Assembly (NCBI GenBank): GCA_963701295.1
Contig: OY969585.1
Coordinates: 1,952,001 to 2,016,000 of the forward strand
DNA from: Ignavibacteriota bacterium
GTDB lineage: Bacteria > Bacteroidota > Ignavibacteria > UBA10030
DNA: 64,000 nt
Reading direction: 5' to 3'
Of this stretch, positions 11,705 to 19,861 are shown in pieces (position 1 is the stretch's first letter; each line of letters begins with the position of its first letter). The notes beneath the pieces are model-generated. The model saw nothing but the letters and a program-made list of their open reading frames with translations, did no database searches and had not been told where the DNA came from. Both the position numbers and the translations under genes were made by a program.

Positions 11705-12052
11705 CTAAATCTTTTCAACAACAACCGCCGTTCCATATGCTAGTACTTCAGTGACACCGGCGGCTATTTCCGTCGCGTCATAGCGAAAAGCAAGCACGGC
11801 ATTCGCACCGAGTTCTTCAGCATGAAGTATCATGAGCTCGTATGCATCCCTGCGAGTCTGCTCGCATAACTGGGTGTAGAGGCTGATGTTACCTCCGAAA
11901 AGAATCTGAAATCCAGCTCCGATATTTCCGAGGAGCGATCGCGATCGAACAATGATACCACGAACAACACCAAGATTTTTTACAACACGATACCCGTCAA
12001 GTTGAATATTTGTTGTGATTAGCGTGTGATCCATCCTTGTTTTCTGATTCAT
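11705..12052 (-). CDS. YbjQ/UPF0145 family protein
   Basis: ITT..LDGYRVVKNLGVVRG...GANAVLAFRYD...EVLAYGTAV. Start placed after AAGGAG. Confidence 0.9.
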   Translation of the reverse strand: MNQKTRMDHTLITTNIQLDGYRVVKNLGVVRGIIVRSRSLLGNIGAGFQILFGGNISLYTQLCEQTRRDAYELMILHAEELGANAVLAFRYDATEIAAGVTEVLAYGTAVVVEKI

Positions 12053-12077
12053 GGAGTTTCTCCTTTCAATAATAATA

Positions 12078-12581
12078 TTATATGATGCCCGGATGTTTTC
12101 CTCCACCCGCTACAGAGAGATACAGAATGATCATCAAAAGGAGGAATTGGACAAGATAAAACGTCGAAATGCTTTTATTTATAATCTTGATAGTTGCCTC
12201 GGCATCTTCAGGTGCGTTTTTCTCTGATATCCCCTGTATCAATTTTGTACGCCGCCGTACCAGTATAGGTCCGAAGACAGCTCCATTAATAAGAAGAAAG
12301 GCGAAAAGGATAATTTTTGCGATCAGCCATCCGTCAGTGTACCAGAGATTAATATTACCGTTGTACAAGTTGAAAATATTCACGATGCCTGTTAGGAGCA
12401 TGATGATGGAGGCGATGGGAGAAAGCAAGCCGAAGCGGCGGTTGATTTTTCCGACGAAGAGTTTCTGATTCCATTCCTTCTCCGCCTTCATTCTCCGTTC
12501 AAGAATCCATCCCCCTAAAAGCGCTGTGAATAAAAATCCAAAACCAATGAGATGAAAAAGAAAATTGACAGAACCATTCAT
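12078..12581 (-). CDS. Four-TM membrane protein (DUF2269/CopD-like)
   Basis: Four hydrophobic helices, FHLIG, LLTG, WLIAKIILF. Confidence 0.6.
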   Translation of the reverse strand: MNGSVNFLFHLIGFGFLFTALLGGWILERRMKAEKEWNQKLFVGKINRRFGLLSPIASIIMLLTGIVNIFNLYNGNINLWYTDGWLIAKIILFAFLLINGAVFGPILVRRRTKLIQGISEKNAPEDAEATIKIINKSISTFYLVQFLLLMIILYLSVAGGGKHPGII

Positions 12582-12718
12582 AGACACCTCGCTGTCGGGA
12601 TAGTATATGGAATGTTTATCATTGCTGTTCTAAGATAAGAAAATGATTTGATAAAAAGGAAGTGCTCCATTTCTGAGATGAGATTCTCATGAAGAGGAAG
12701 TGGGGAAAAGCGATTCAC

Positions 12719-12751
12719 TAAAAAAAGGGCAGTCCGAATATGACTGCCCTT
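12719..12751 (-). terminator. Intrinsic terminator downstream of the CsgG-like gene
   Basis: AAGGGCAGTC-N7-GACTGCCCTT perfect stem; the adjacent A-run is a U-tract on the minus strand. Confidence 0.8.
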
Positions 12752-12775
12752 ACTGTTTGCTGTTATTTGTTTTAT

Positions 12776-13675
12776 TTATTTCTCTTTATCACGCACGATA
12801 TCACCAACTTGAAAATTGGTGCCTTCAAGCACTTTCGCCTTTGCAGCTTTACCCATCAACGCATCTTCTACAACTTCAATCCTGCCGACCTTTGACTCTT
12901 CAGAACCAAGGATCATTCCAGTGTCTGGATCTTTCACTTCCTCTCCCTTGCGGAACACGAAGAATTCCATGCCTGGTTTCACTTTTCCTTCAGAGCCTGG
13001 TTTCATCAACACCGTACCGTCGGTATTCATTTTCAAAATCTTTCCCGCCCATGGTATCTTCTCCATGTTTTCTGCAATCAGCTTGACACAGCCGTTGATT
13101 GCTTCGCGTGTTGCTTTGCCAATATCGGTATCATTCCATGAATCCTGGTTGCTGAAATCGATATCTTCATAACGAACAGAAATGCCTGTGGAGGACTCGG
13201 TGCCTTCTTCGCTTTCGGCTGCAACAATCTCGCCGGTGTTTGTGTTGATGAGACGAATATCGATAACTGCGCGCGATTGCTTTGTAGAAATTCCGCCGCC
13301 GAGAATCGACATACCACCGCTAATATTACTTTTTTTCTGGCCGAATTCAGTGACACTGCCTACAATAAATAATTCTGCACCAAGAAGCTGTCCAACCTTT
13401 GGTGCGGTTTCCGGTGTGACCATAAAGGAAGTGCCAAATTGTTGCTCTTTGATGATTCGTTCGATCTCCTGCCGCTCGATAACAGCAAACTTGCCGGATT
13501 TCACGAGTGCGGTCACCAGCATATCAGCGATACCTTCGCCGAGCGAGTGATAGCCGCTGCCAGTACGATCTTCAAAACGTGACACCGCTACACGCTTTTT
13601 CAGCTGGGCTTGCGCATGCAGGGTAACTATGAAAAGACAAACGAGTAGGAGACGGAAAAAACGAGAAGCTTTCAT
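12776..13675 (-). CDS. CsgG/HfaB family protein with FlgT-like C-terminal domain
   Basis: Signal peptide, KKRVAVSRFED, LVKSGKFAVIERQ, GSVTEFG, IDIRLINTNTGEI, DPDTG..LG. Confidence 0.85.
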   Translation of the reverse strand: MKASRFFRLLLVCLFIVTLHAQAQLKKRVAVSRFEDRTGSGYHSLGEGIADMLVTALVKSGKFAVIERQEIERIIKEQQFGTSFMVTPETAPKVGQLLGAELFIVGSVTEFGQKKSNISGGMSILGGGISTKQSRAVIDIRLINTNTGEIVAAESEEGTESSTGISVRYEDIDFSNQDSWNDTDIGKATREAINGCVKLIAENMEKIPWAGKILKMNTDGTVLMKPGSEGKVKPGMEFFVFRKGEEVKDPDTGMILGSEESKVGRIEVVEDALMGKAAKAKVLEGTNFQVGDIVRDKEK

Positions 13676-13823
13676 ATGATGATCCCTTTTAATTGGTGAA
13701 TAAAAAGTTATGGATTCAATGTTGTTTTTTATGTTGATTAAAATAGGGTTTAGATTTAAAACATGCTAATGCACTGAATGACTTTTAGTGTATTTTTGGA
13801 TTCTATAACGTTGCATCGATTTC

Positions 13824-14396
13824 TCATACATTGCTGTGTGTCTCAATACTGTGCCGGACTTTCCATTCATCGGCAGTCATCCCATAGATGAAGAGATCCA
13901 CATAATGATCATAGAGGAATCCTGCCTGTCGTATTATTCCTTCTTTCATAAAGCCGAGTCGTTTTATAATGGCGCAACTCTTTTTGTTTCCGGTCGCGCA
14001 GCGAATTTGGACGCGATTGAGTTGGTACTCATTGAATGCATAATCTATCAAAGTCTGGCATGATTTTGTGACAATCCCAAATCCTTGATGTTCTGCATTG
14101 ATCCAATATCCTATCTCTACATTTCTATTCATCCAATCGATACGTTGGAATCCGATTACGCCGACAAGCTGCTGATGGAACCAGATACCGCATGCAAAGC
14201 CAAGGTTTTGATCATGCTGTTCATGCGAAGACTTGATGAATGCCAAACTCTCTTCGATGGTCGTATTGGTATCTACCCATGGAAGCCATTGCCGGAGATA
14301 CGAACGATTGTTTTCGACCAAATCAAATAAGGCAGTTGCATCGTCCAACATCAATATTTTCAAAACAATTTCTTCGTCAACTTTGAGGAGAAGCAT
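13824..14396 (-). CDS. RimJ/RimL-family GNAT N-acetyltransferase
   Basis: NRSYLRQWLPW, EIGYW....QGFG, N.KS...KRLGF..EG. Confidence 0.9.
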   Translation of the reverse strand: MLLLKVDEEIVLKILMLDDATALFDLVENNRSYLRQWLPWVDTNTTIEESLAFIKSSHEQHDQNLGFACGIWFHQQLVGVIGFQRIDWMNRNVEIGYWINAEHQGFGIVTKSCQTLIDYAFNEYQLNRVQIRCATGNKKSCAIIKRLGFMKEGIIRQAGFLYDHYVDLFIYGMTADEWKVRHSIETHSNV

Positions 14397-14432
14397 TTTT
14401 CATTTCAATGGAGTTTAATATTCAAAATAAAC

Positions 14433-14915
14433 CTAAATCTTATTGCTTGGTGTATTTTTCTGCTGTGGAAAGAATTGAAAAAGTGATATGCCGTAATTCT
14501 GAACGAACAGTAACCACACCCCCAGCATAATCATTCCGGCATTCTCTAAAATTTTAATATGTCCGATTTTGCTAACGTTTGGATCTTGGGTAAAACATCC
14601 GCATGAGATGTCCAGTCCGCGCAGAAGGGCGGAAATTATGAGAATGGTAAATCCAACAAGTATAAAGGTGATTAATAGTGCACTCGCGCGCGGATACAAA
14701 CCAAGAATGAGACTGAGTCCGCAGAGTAATTCCAAAGAAGGGAGAATCGTTGCGATCACCATCGCGAGCGTTGGTCCCACAATTTTGTAGTTAAGAATAG
14801 ATGTAACAAATGCAGCGGGATCAGATATTTTATCTAAGCTTGCAATGACGAATAATCCTCCAAGAAAAACCCGGATAAGAAGAATAAGAATGGTGTTCGT
14901 GAGAATCGATTTCAT
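14433..14915 (-). CDS. MauE/DoxX family membrane protein
   Basis: RVFLGGLF...K..DP..F...I..Y, LP.LE...G, RGLDISCGCF. Confidence 0.88.
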   Translation of the reverse strand: MKSILTNTILILLIRVFLGGLFVIASLDKISDPAAFVTSILNYKIVGPTLAMVIATILPSLELLCGLSLILGLYPRASALLITFILVGFTILIISALLRGLDISCGCFTQDPNVSKIGHIKILENAGMIMLGVWLLFVQNYGISLFQFFPQQKNTPSNKI

Positions 14916-14975
14916 GTTTTTTACTCGTTGAACTGAAGGCAAGCGAGAATAGAGTATCTCGTCTACCGTAGGATT

Positions 14976-15443
14976 CTATTCTCTATCAATAGACAAATTG
15001 TTTGCTTTCCACTCCTGCCATCCGCCAAAAAAAACTTTCACATTGGTAAATTTCAATTCTATCAATTTAAGCGCCAATTCTATACTGGAATTACATTCAG
15101 CACCGTCGCAATAAACGATAAGCATTTTTTCTTTTGGTATGCTTTCTAACAGGATATGGTGTGTATCAATCTCCTTCAATGCAATGTTGATTGCGCCGCG
15201 GATGTGTCCCGTTTTATACTCGAAGTCATGTCGAGCGTCGACGAAGAGCACATCCTGTGATTCATACAACTCCTTCGCCTTTTCTAATGAGATCATTTCC
15301 AAGTTGGCGGCTGCCGCAGAAAAAGTTGGTTTTTTCTCAGAAAAAAAACCTTGCTTTGTTACAAATGTGTAAGCAAATCCCAGTACCGTTGCTGCGGCGA
15401 TGAGGAATAACACTTCAAGGATTGATTGACGATGCGTCTTCAA
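14976..15443 (-). CDS. Membrane-anchored rhodanese-domain protein
   Basis: N-terminal TM helix; FVDAR, GHIRGAINI, VYCDGAEC, GGWQEW. Confidence 0.9.
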   Translation of the reverse strand: MKTHRQSILEVLFLIAAATVLGFAYTFVTKQGFFSEKKPTFSAAAANLEMISLEKAKELYESQDVLFVDARHDFEYKTGHIRGAINIALKEIDTHHILLESIPKEKMLIVYCDGAECNSSIELALKLIELKFTNVKVFFGGWQEWKANNLSIDRE

Positions 15444-16129
15444 TTCTCTTTGTTTCCTATATAGGTGACTCGTATTTCAACAAACGGTTGGATCTTGTGG
15501 TTCGTTATAATATAAAAATGTTCATTGGAATAACCGGGTTTATTTGGTACTACTGTTACCTGTATGTTCAGTGTATCGTCTGGCTGTAAAGTTTTCTTCT
15601 CCATGGTAATGGAAATAGATGCCGACGAGACACTGTCTCCTTGAATGGTAATTGGTGATCCTGATACATTCTTCACTGCCACTGTTTGTGTTATAGGTTT
15701 CCCCATCGTTATATTATTCATCCAAAGCATATTTGATCCGCTGATCGGCTGAAGTATTTCTTTTACGTCTGCGAGTAATTTAACAGTTATAAATTGCGAT
15801 GTGGGATCGTTGGTATTGATGTTCACATGCTTTTCTACTTTCCCACGATACCCGGCGGAGTTGAACTCTAATTCTACATCATCAGATTGATCGGGAAGGA
15901 GAAATCCTTTGGGCTGTTTCACCGTTGTGCATCCACATTGCGGTTGAACAGAAAAGATGCGTAATGTGTCGTTGCCAATATTTTTCAGAACGATCTTTCC
16001 TTTTTTCTTTTCACCACCATACATATTTCCAAGATCGACTTCAGGTTTGTCGAGAGAAAGTTTTGGTTGTGAAAAAGCAATGCCGGTGATCAAGAATGTT
16101 AAAATAAAAAAACGATAAATTAGTTTCAT
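15440..16129 (-). CDS. DUF1573 domain exported protein (two Ig-like domains)
   Basis: Signal peptide MKLIYRFFIL..., DLG...KNIG...L.I..V...CGCT, NTNDP. Confidence 0.85.
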   Translation of the reverse strand: MKLIYRFFILTFLITGIAFSQPKLSLDKPEVDLGNMYGGEKKKGKIVLKNIGNDTLRIFSVQPQCGCTTVKQPKGFLLPDQSDDVELEFNSAGYRGKVEKHVNINTNDPTSQFITVKLLADVKEILQPISGSNMLWMNNITMGKPITQTVAVKNVSGSPITIQGDSVSSASISITMEKKTLQPDDTLNIQVTVVPNKPGYSNEHFYIITNHKIQPFVEIRVTYIGNKEN

Positions 16130-16146
16130 AGTTTCATCTCTTTTGT

Positions 16147-17076
16147 TTAGTGAGCTGATGATTGTTTCCACCATACACCCGTCAAGGCCATTTGTTTTAA
16201 TATGGGGGCAACGCGGTAGCGTTCTTCTTGTAAATCAGTATAAAGGGCTGTGAGAACGGCATACACCTGATCCAATCCTATTTGCTCAGCCCATTCGATC
16301 GGGCCCAGCGGGAAGTGCATACCAAGTGTCAATGCTTTGTCAATATCGTCAGGTGCAGCGATGTCTGCTGTGATTGCAAATGCTGCTTCGTTGATGACTT
16401 GGCACAAAATTCGCGGCAGAACCATACCTACTCTATCTTGCACAATCTCAATTTCTTTGTCAATGGAAAGGAAAAACCGTGAAACGACTTCTAAAGTTTC
16501 CATCGGTGTATAAATTGTCGGTGCAACCTCGACCAGCGATTTATTGATAAATGTTGGCAGCGCAGCGATACCAACAAGCCGGTGTTTCCCTGCAATCCAA
16601 GCGGACTGTTCTGTTGCTGTTATAGTTATAGATGAAGAGAGAATTGGTGCAGTCTCTGGTAATGCAGTTGCCAACTTTTCAAGATTCTTTTTCTTTGTGA
16701 GAACATCCATGTTTGTTAATTCAATTGCTATGGATGTATTTTCTGGAATAGTACTTGAAATTATGATGCCGGGAGATAAAGGATTCTGTTTTTTTGTAAG
16801 CGGTTCATTCCATGAAGCGCATACATTGTACCCATGAGCCATGCAAATTCCTGCGTATTGCTCAACCATAGGAGCTTCACCCACCAAATACACGAGGGCT
16901 TTTTCAGATCGGAAACTTTCTTGAAAGCGCGGATCTTCCACTTTCTGTAAGGTATGCTTTTCAGCTAGAAATCTTGGAGTTTTTGCTATATCTTTCTTCA
17001 TGCTCTTTGAGGAAGTTTTTGTAACCTTCGCGGCAGTCTTAGTATTCTTTTCTGGTTTTTTTTTATTCTTCTTCAA
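16147..17076 (-). CDS. Degenerate 3-hydroxyacyl-CoA dehydrogenase-like protein (resembles the C-terminal half of PaaH)
   Basis: C-terminal 3HCDH motifs INEA, DIDKA..LG..FP.GP, ERYR. No GxGxxG and no catalytic HFF motif. Start uncertain. Confidence 0.75.
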   Translation of the reverse strand: MKKNKKKPEKNTKTAAKVTKTSSKSMKKDIAKTPRFLAEKHTLQKVEDPRFQESFRSEKALVYLVGEAPMVEQYAGICMAHGYNVCASWNEPLTKKQNPLSPGIIISSTIPENTSIAIELTNMDVLTKKKNLEKLATALPETAPILSSSITITATEQSAWIAGKHRLVGIAALPTFINKSLVEVAPTIYTPMETLEVVSRFFLSIDKEIEIVQDRVGMVLPRILCQVINEAAFAITADIAAPDDIDKALTLGMHFPLGPIEWAEQIGLDQVYAVLTALYTDLQEERYRVAPILKQMALTGVWWKQSSAH

Positions 17077-17089
17077 TCTAGATGTCCCA

Positions 17090-17950
17090 CTATTTCATTT
17101 CTTCGTAATTGAAGAATCCCTTTGCCGATTTTTTTCCCAATAATCCTGATTCCACCATTTGTTTGAGAATCGGGTGCGGGCGCAGACGCGGTTCTCCGTA
17201 CGATTGACTGTACAATGATTCTGTCTCAGCAAGCGCTGAATCAATTCCCATCTGGTCCATCGTCTCAAATGGCCCTGTAGAAAAACCACCGACTTTTTTT
17301 ACAATATTATCAATCTGTTCTGCATAAGCAACGTTTTCCCCAAGCAAACACAGTGCTTCGCTGAACATTGGAAGTGATATACGGCTAGCGATGAATCCAG
17401 GAGTATCCTTGACGATAATAGAATCTTTTCCTAGCAACTTTGCCCATTCGATGGCTCGATCAAGAGTCTCTGTATTGGTTTTGTAACCCTTCACTACTTC
17501 AACAAGTGCAGCAGTGTCTACTGGATGAAAAAAATGTAAGCCGATGACACGTTCCGGATTTCTTGTCATGGCCGCGATGGATGTGATGGAAAGCGAAGAA
17601 GTCGTACTTGCCAAAACAGCAGTGCTTTTAGTGTTTGCATCAAGGTGTTTGAAGAGATCTTTCTTTACACGAATATCTTCAATGACAGATTCGATGATGC
17701 AATCGCAGTGTCCAAGGTCGGGTAGACTCGTTCGCGTACGGATTCGCTCGAGGGCTGCAGTGAATTCCTCATGCGGCAGTTTCCCCAAGTTGATCATTTT
17801 TCGCAGGTCAGCTTTGATGCGCTCGATCGAGCGGCGTAAAATGGTTTCGTTGACATCGTAAAGCTGTACATCTATTTTAAAAAGGGCGGCAAGTTGGGCA
17901 ATTCCCGTACCCATCGTTCCCGCACCAACAATACCGAGGTGTTTCAACAT
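17090..17950 (-). CDS. 3-hydroxybutyryl/3-hydroxyacyl-CoA dehydrogenase
   Basis: GIVGAGTMGTGIA, IESVIED...K, TSSLSI, GLHFFHP, DTPGFI, LGKKS..GFF.Y. Start placed after AAGGA. Confidence 0.9.
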   Translation of the reverse strand: MLKHLGIVGAGTMGTGIAQLAALFKIDVQLYDVNETILRRSIERIKADLRKMINLGKLPHEEFTAALERIRTRTSLPDLGHCDCIIESVIEDIRVKKDLFKHLDANTKSTAVLASTTSSLSITSIAAMTRNPERVIGLHFFHPVDTAALVEVVKGYKTNTETLDRAIEWAKLLGKDSIIVKDTPGFIASRISLPMFSEALCLLGENVAYAEQIDNIVKKVGGFSTGPFETMDQMGIDSALAETESLYSQSYGEPRLRPHPILKQMVESGLLGKKSAKGFFNYEEMK

Positions 17951-18089
17951 AGTTTTCGTGTATCCTTGTAATGATGGAAACATACTCAACAGATGCCGAA
18001 AAAACAACACATGATTATTGTGGAATATGTTTGTATTATAGGTTTGAACAGTAATGCATAATGTTTTTTTATAAAAGATAAATTTTCTT

Positions 18090-19660
18090 ATGGCTTATTT
18101 TAATACTGCGCTCTTTCATGGCCAATCATCCGAGGTTTCAGTTGATACTGTTGTCAATTATAAACTATGGGGATGGGAAGCAATTGTGATGCAGAATGAT
18201 CTTATTACACTTGCCACAGTCCCGGCTATTGGCGGTCGTGTTATGCAGTACCGATCTAGGCGGTCATTCTTCCATTTTCATTAATCCGGATGAGCTTACA
18301 AAAATATACACGCCATCAAAAAATGCAGATTGGCACAATTTTGGGGGGTATAAAACTTGGCCTTCGCCTCAAAGCCAATGGCCTAATACTTGGCCACCTC
18401 CTCCAATACTTGATAGAGGTAATTATACTTCTCAAATCGATTTAATAAAGGAAGATTCAATTTCTGTTCTCGTTGCAAGTCCGGTTGAACAATGGGTCGC
18501 ACCCGGTGTTCAATTTGAACGCAAGGCGACACTATATGCTGGAACAAGTCGAGTTAAGATGGAACAAACCATCATGAACGATGGAACAAGCGCTGTAAAA
18601 TGGGGTATGTGGTCCATCATGCAGTCGATCGTCAACCATCCAGGGGAAACGGATTACGAGAATTTTTGGGCTTATTTCCCAATCAATCCAAACAGCGCCT
18701 ATGGGCAAAGCGGTGCGAACCCTCAAGGTAGTTCCAGTGCATGGAAGGGAGAAGTCGCACCTGGTGTGTATGGTGTCCAGTTTAGTCCTGATAACACATT
18801 AATTTATGCTGATCCGCATAAAGGGTGGATTGCCTATGCTGATCTGCGAGACGGAGTTGTTTACGCTAAAACCTTTAATATATTCGAAGGTGCACCATAT
18901 CCTGACAATGCCCGTGTGACGGTATACGTGAGCGCCAACTTTCCACCAATTTATTTAGAAGTCGAAGTGAAAGCTCCGGTCGTTGAACTTGCTGCAGGCG
19001 GTGGAAGATATACATTTATAGAAAATTGGTGGGCTGCTAAAGTGCGTGCGCCGATGTTGGATATAAATTCAGTTGGTGTCATCGCCGGGAAGCTTTCGTA
19101 CAAATCGGCAACACATGGTTTATCAGCAATGTATGGAGTCTTCTATAAAGGAACTGCTCGAGTGGTGTGTATCAATGCACTTGGCCGGATTTTAACAGAA
19201 GGTACTTCGGTTCCGGTTTCACCGCTGGCAGAATTTCAGCTTCAAGAAATAATTGATATTCCGGTCAATGCAAAAACAATTGAAATTCGGATTTATGATA
19301 CTCACAATACGCTGGTGGGTATCTTGGACAGTGCAGATGTCTCAGAACTTTTAACCGGTCGCAACGCTGTGAACTCAGGCAAGCCTTCGAAGTTTTGACT
19401 CGTGCAGAATTTTTCGAATCTATTCAATCAAGGCACATCCATTGCAGATGAGCTACCCGAACAATTATCAGTGAAGGTAATAATTTATAATTTACATGGA
19501 CGTGAAATAAAAACATATTTGTTGATTGACAAATCTATTGAGGTATCACGAACTACTATAGGATGGAACAAACGATCGGGGCTTTTCATTTTCAAGTGAA
19601 ATATAAGTTTATATGGTACAAGCAACATCATTGAAAGAAGAAAAAATCTTTGATAAGTCG
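18090..19660 (+). pseudogene. Disrupted DUF4380/mutarotase-like secreted protein with a decayed T9SS C-terminal sorting domain
   Basis: Frameshift near 18250 (PAIGGRVMQY|DLGG), NFGGYKTWPSPQ..W motif, in-frame TGA at 19396-19398 followed by LVQNFSNLFNQGTSI...IYNLHGREIKT. Confidence 0.65.
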
Positions 19661-19861
19661 GCAAAAATGACACTCTTAAAATAAAACTCAATGACACCGT
19701 GATTTTCGAAATATTGAAAAAAGAAAGCGATTACTTCTGCTGTTCTCTCATTGATTTCTCTCTCTTGAATCTATGTGTTATCCATTGATAAACAGGCAGC
19801 GTAATGCCGGATGCAAAACCGATGACGGAAAAGTATTACAAAATATAGTGCGCTTTATTTG

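Noticed and set aside
19396-19401. In-frame TGA as selenocysteine or a recoded stop
   Set aside because: Not at a Cys-like position, no convincing SECIS hairpin, the downstream CTD is independently eroded, and TGA is a normal stop in rplA, rpoB and rpsL.
19785-19845. CAGCGTAATGCCGG segment reminiscent of a TPP riboswitch
   Set aside because: The CTGAGA core and surrounding helices were not found, and the downstream gene is unrelated to thiamine.
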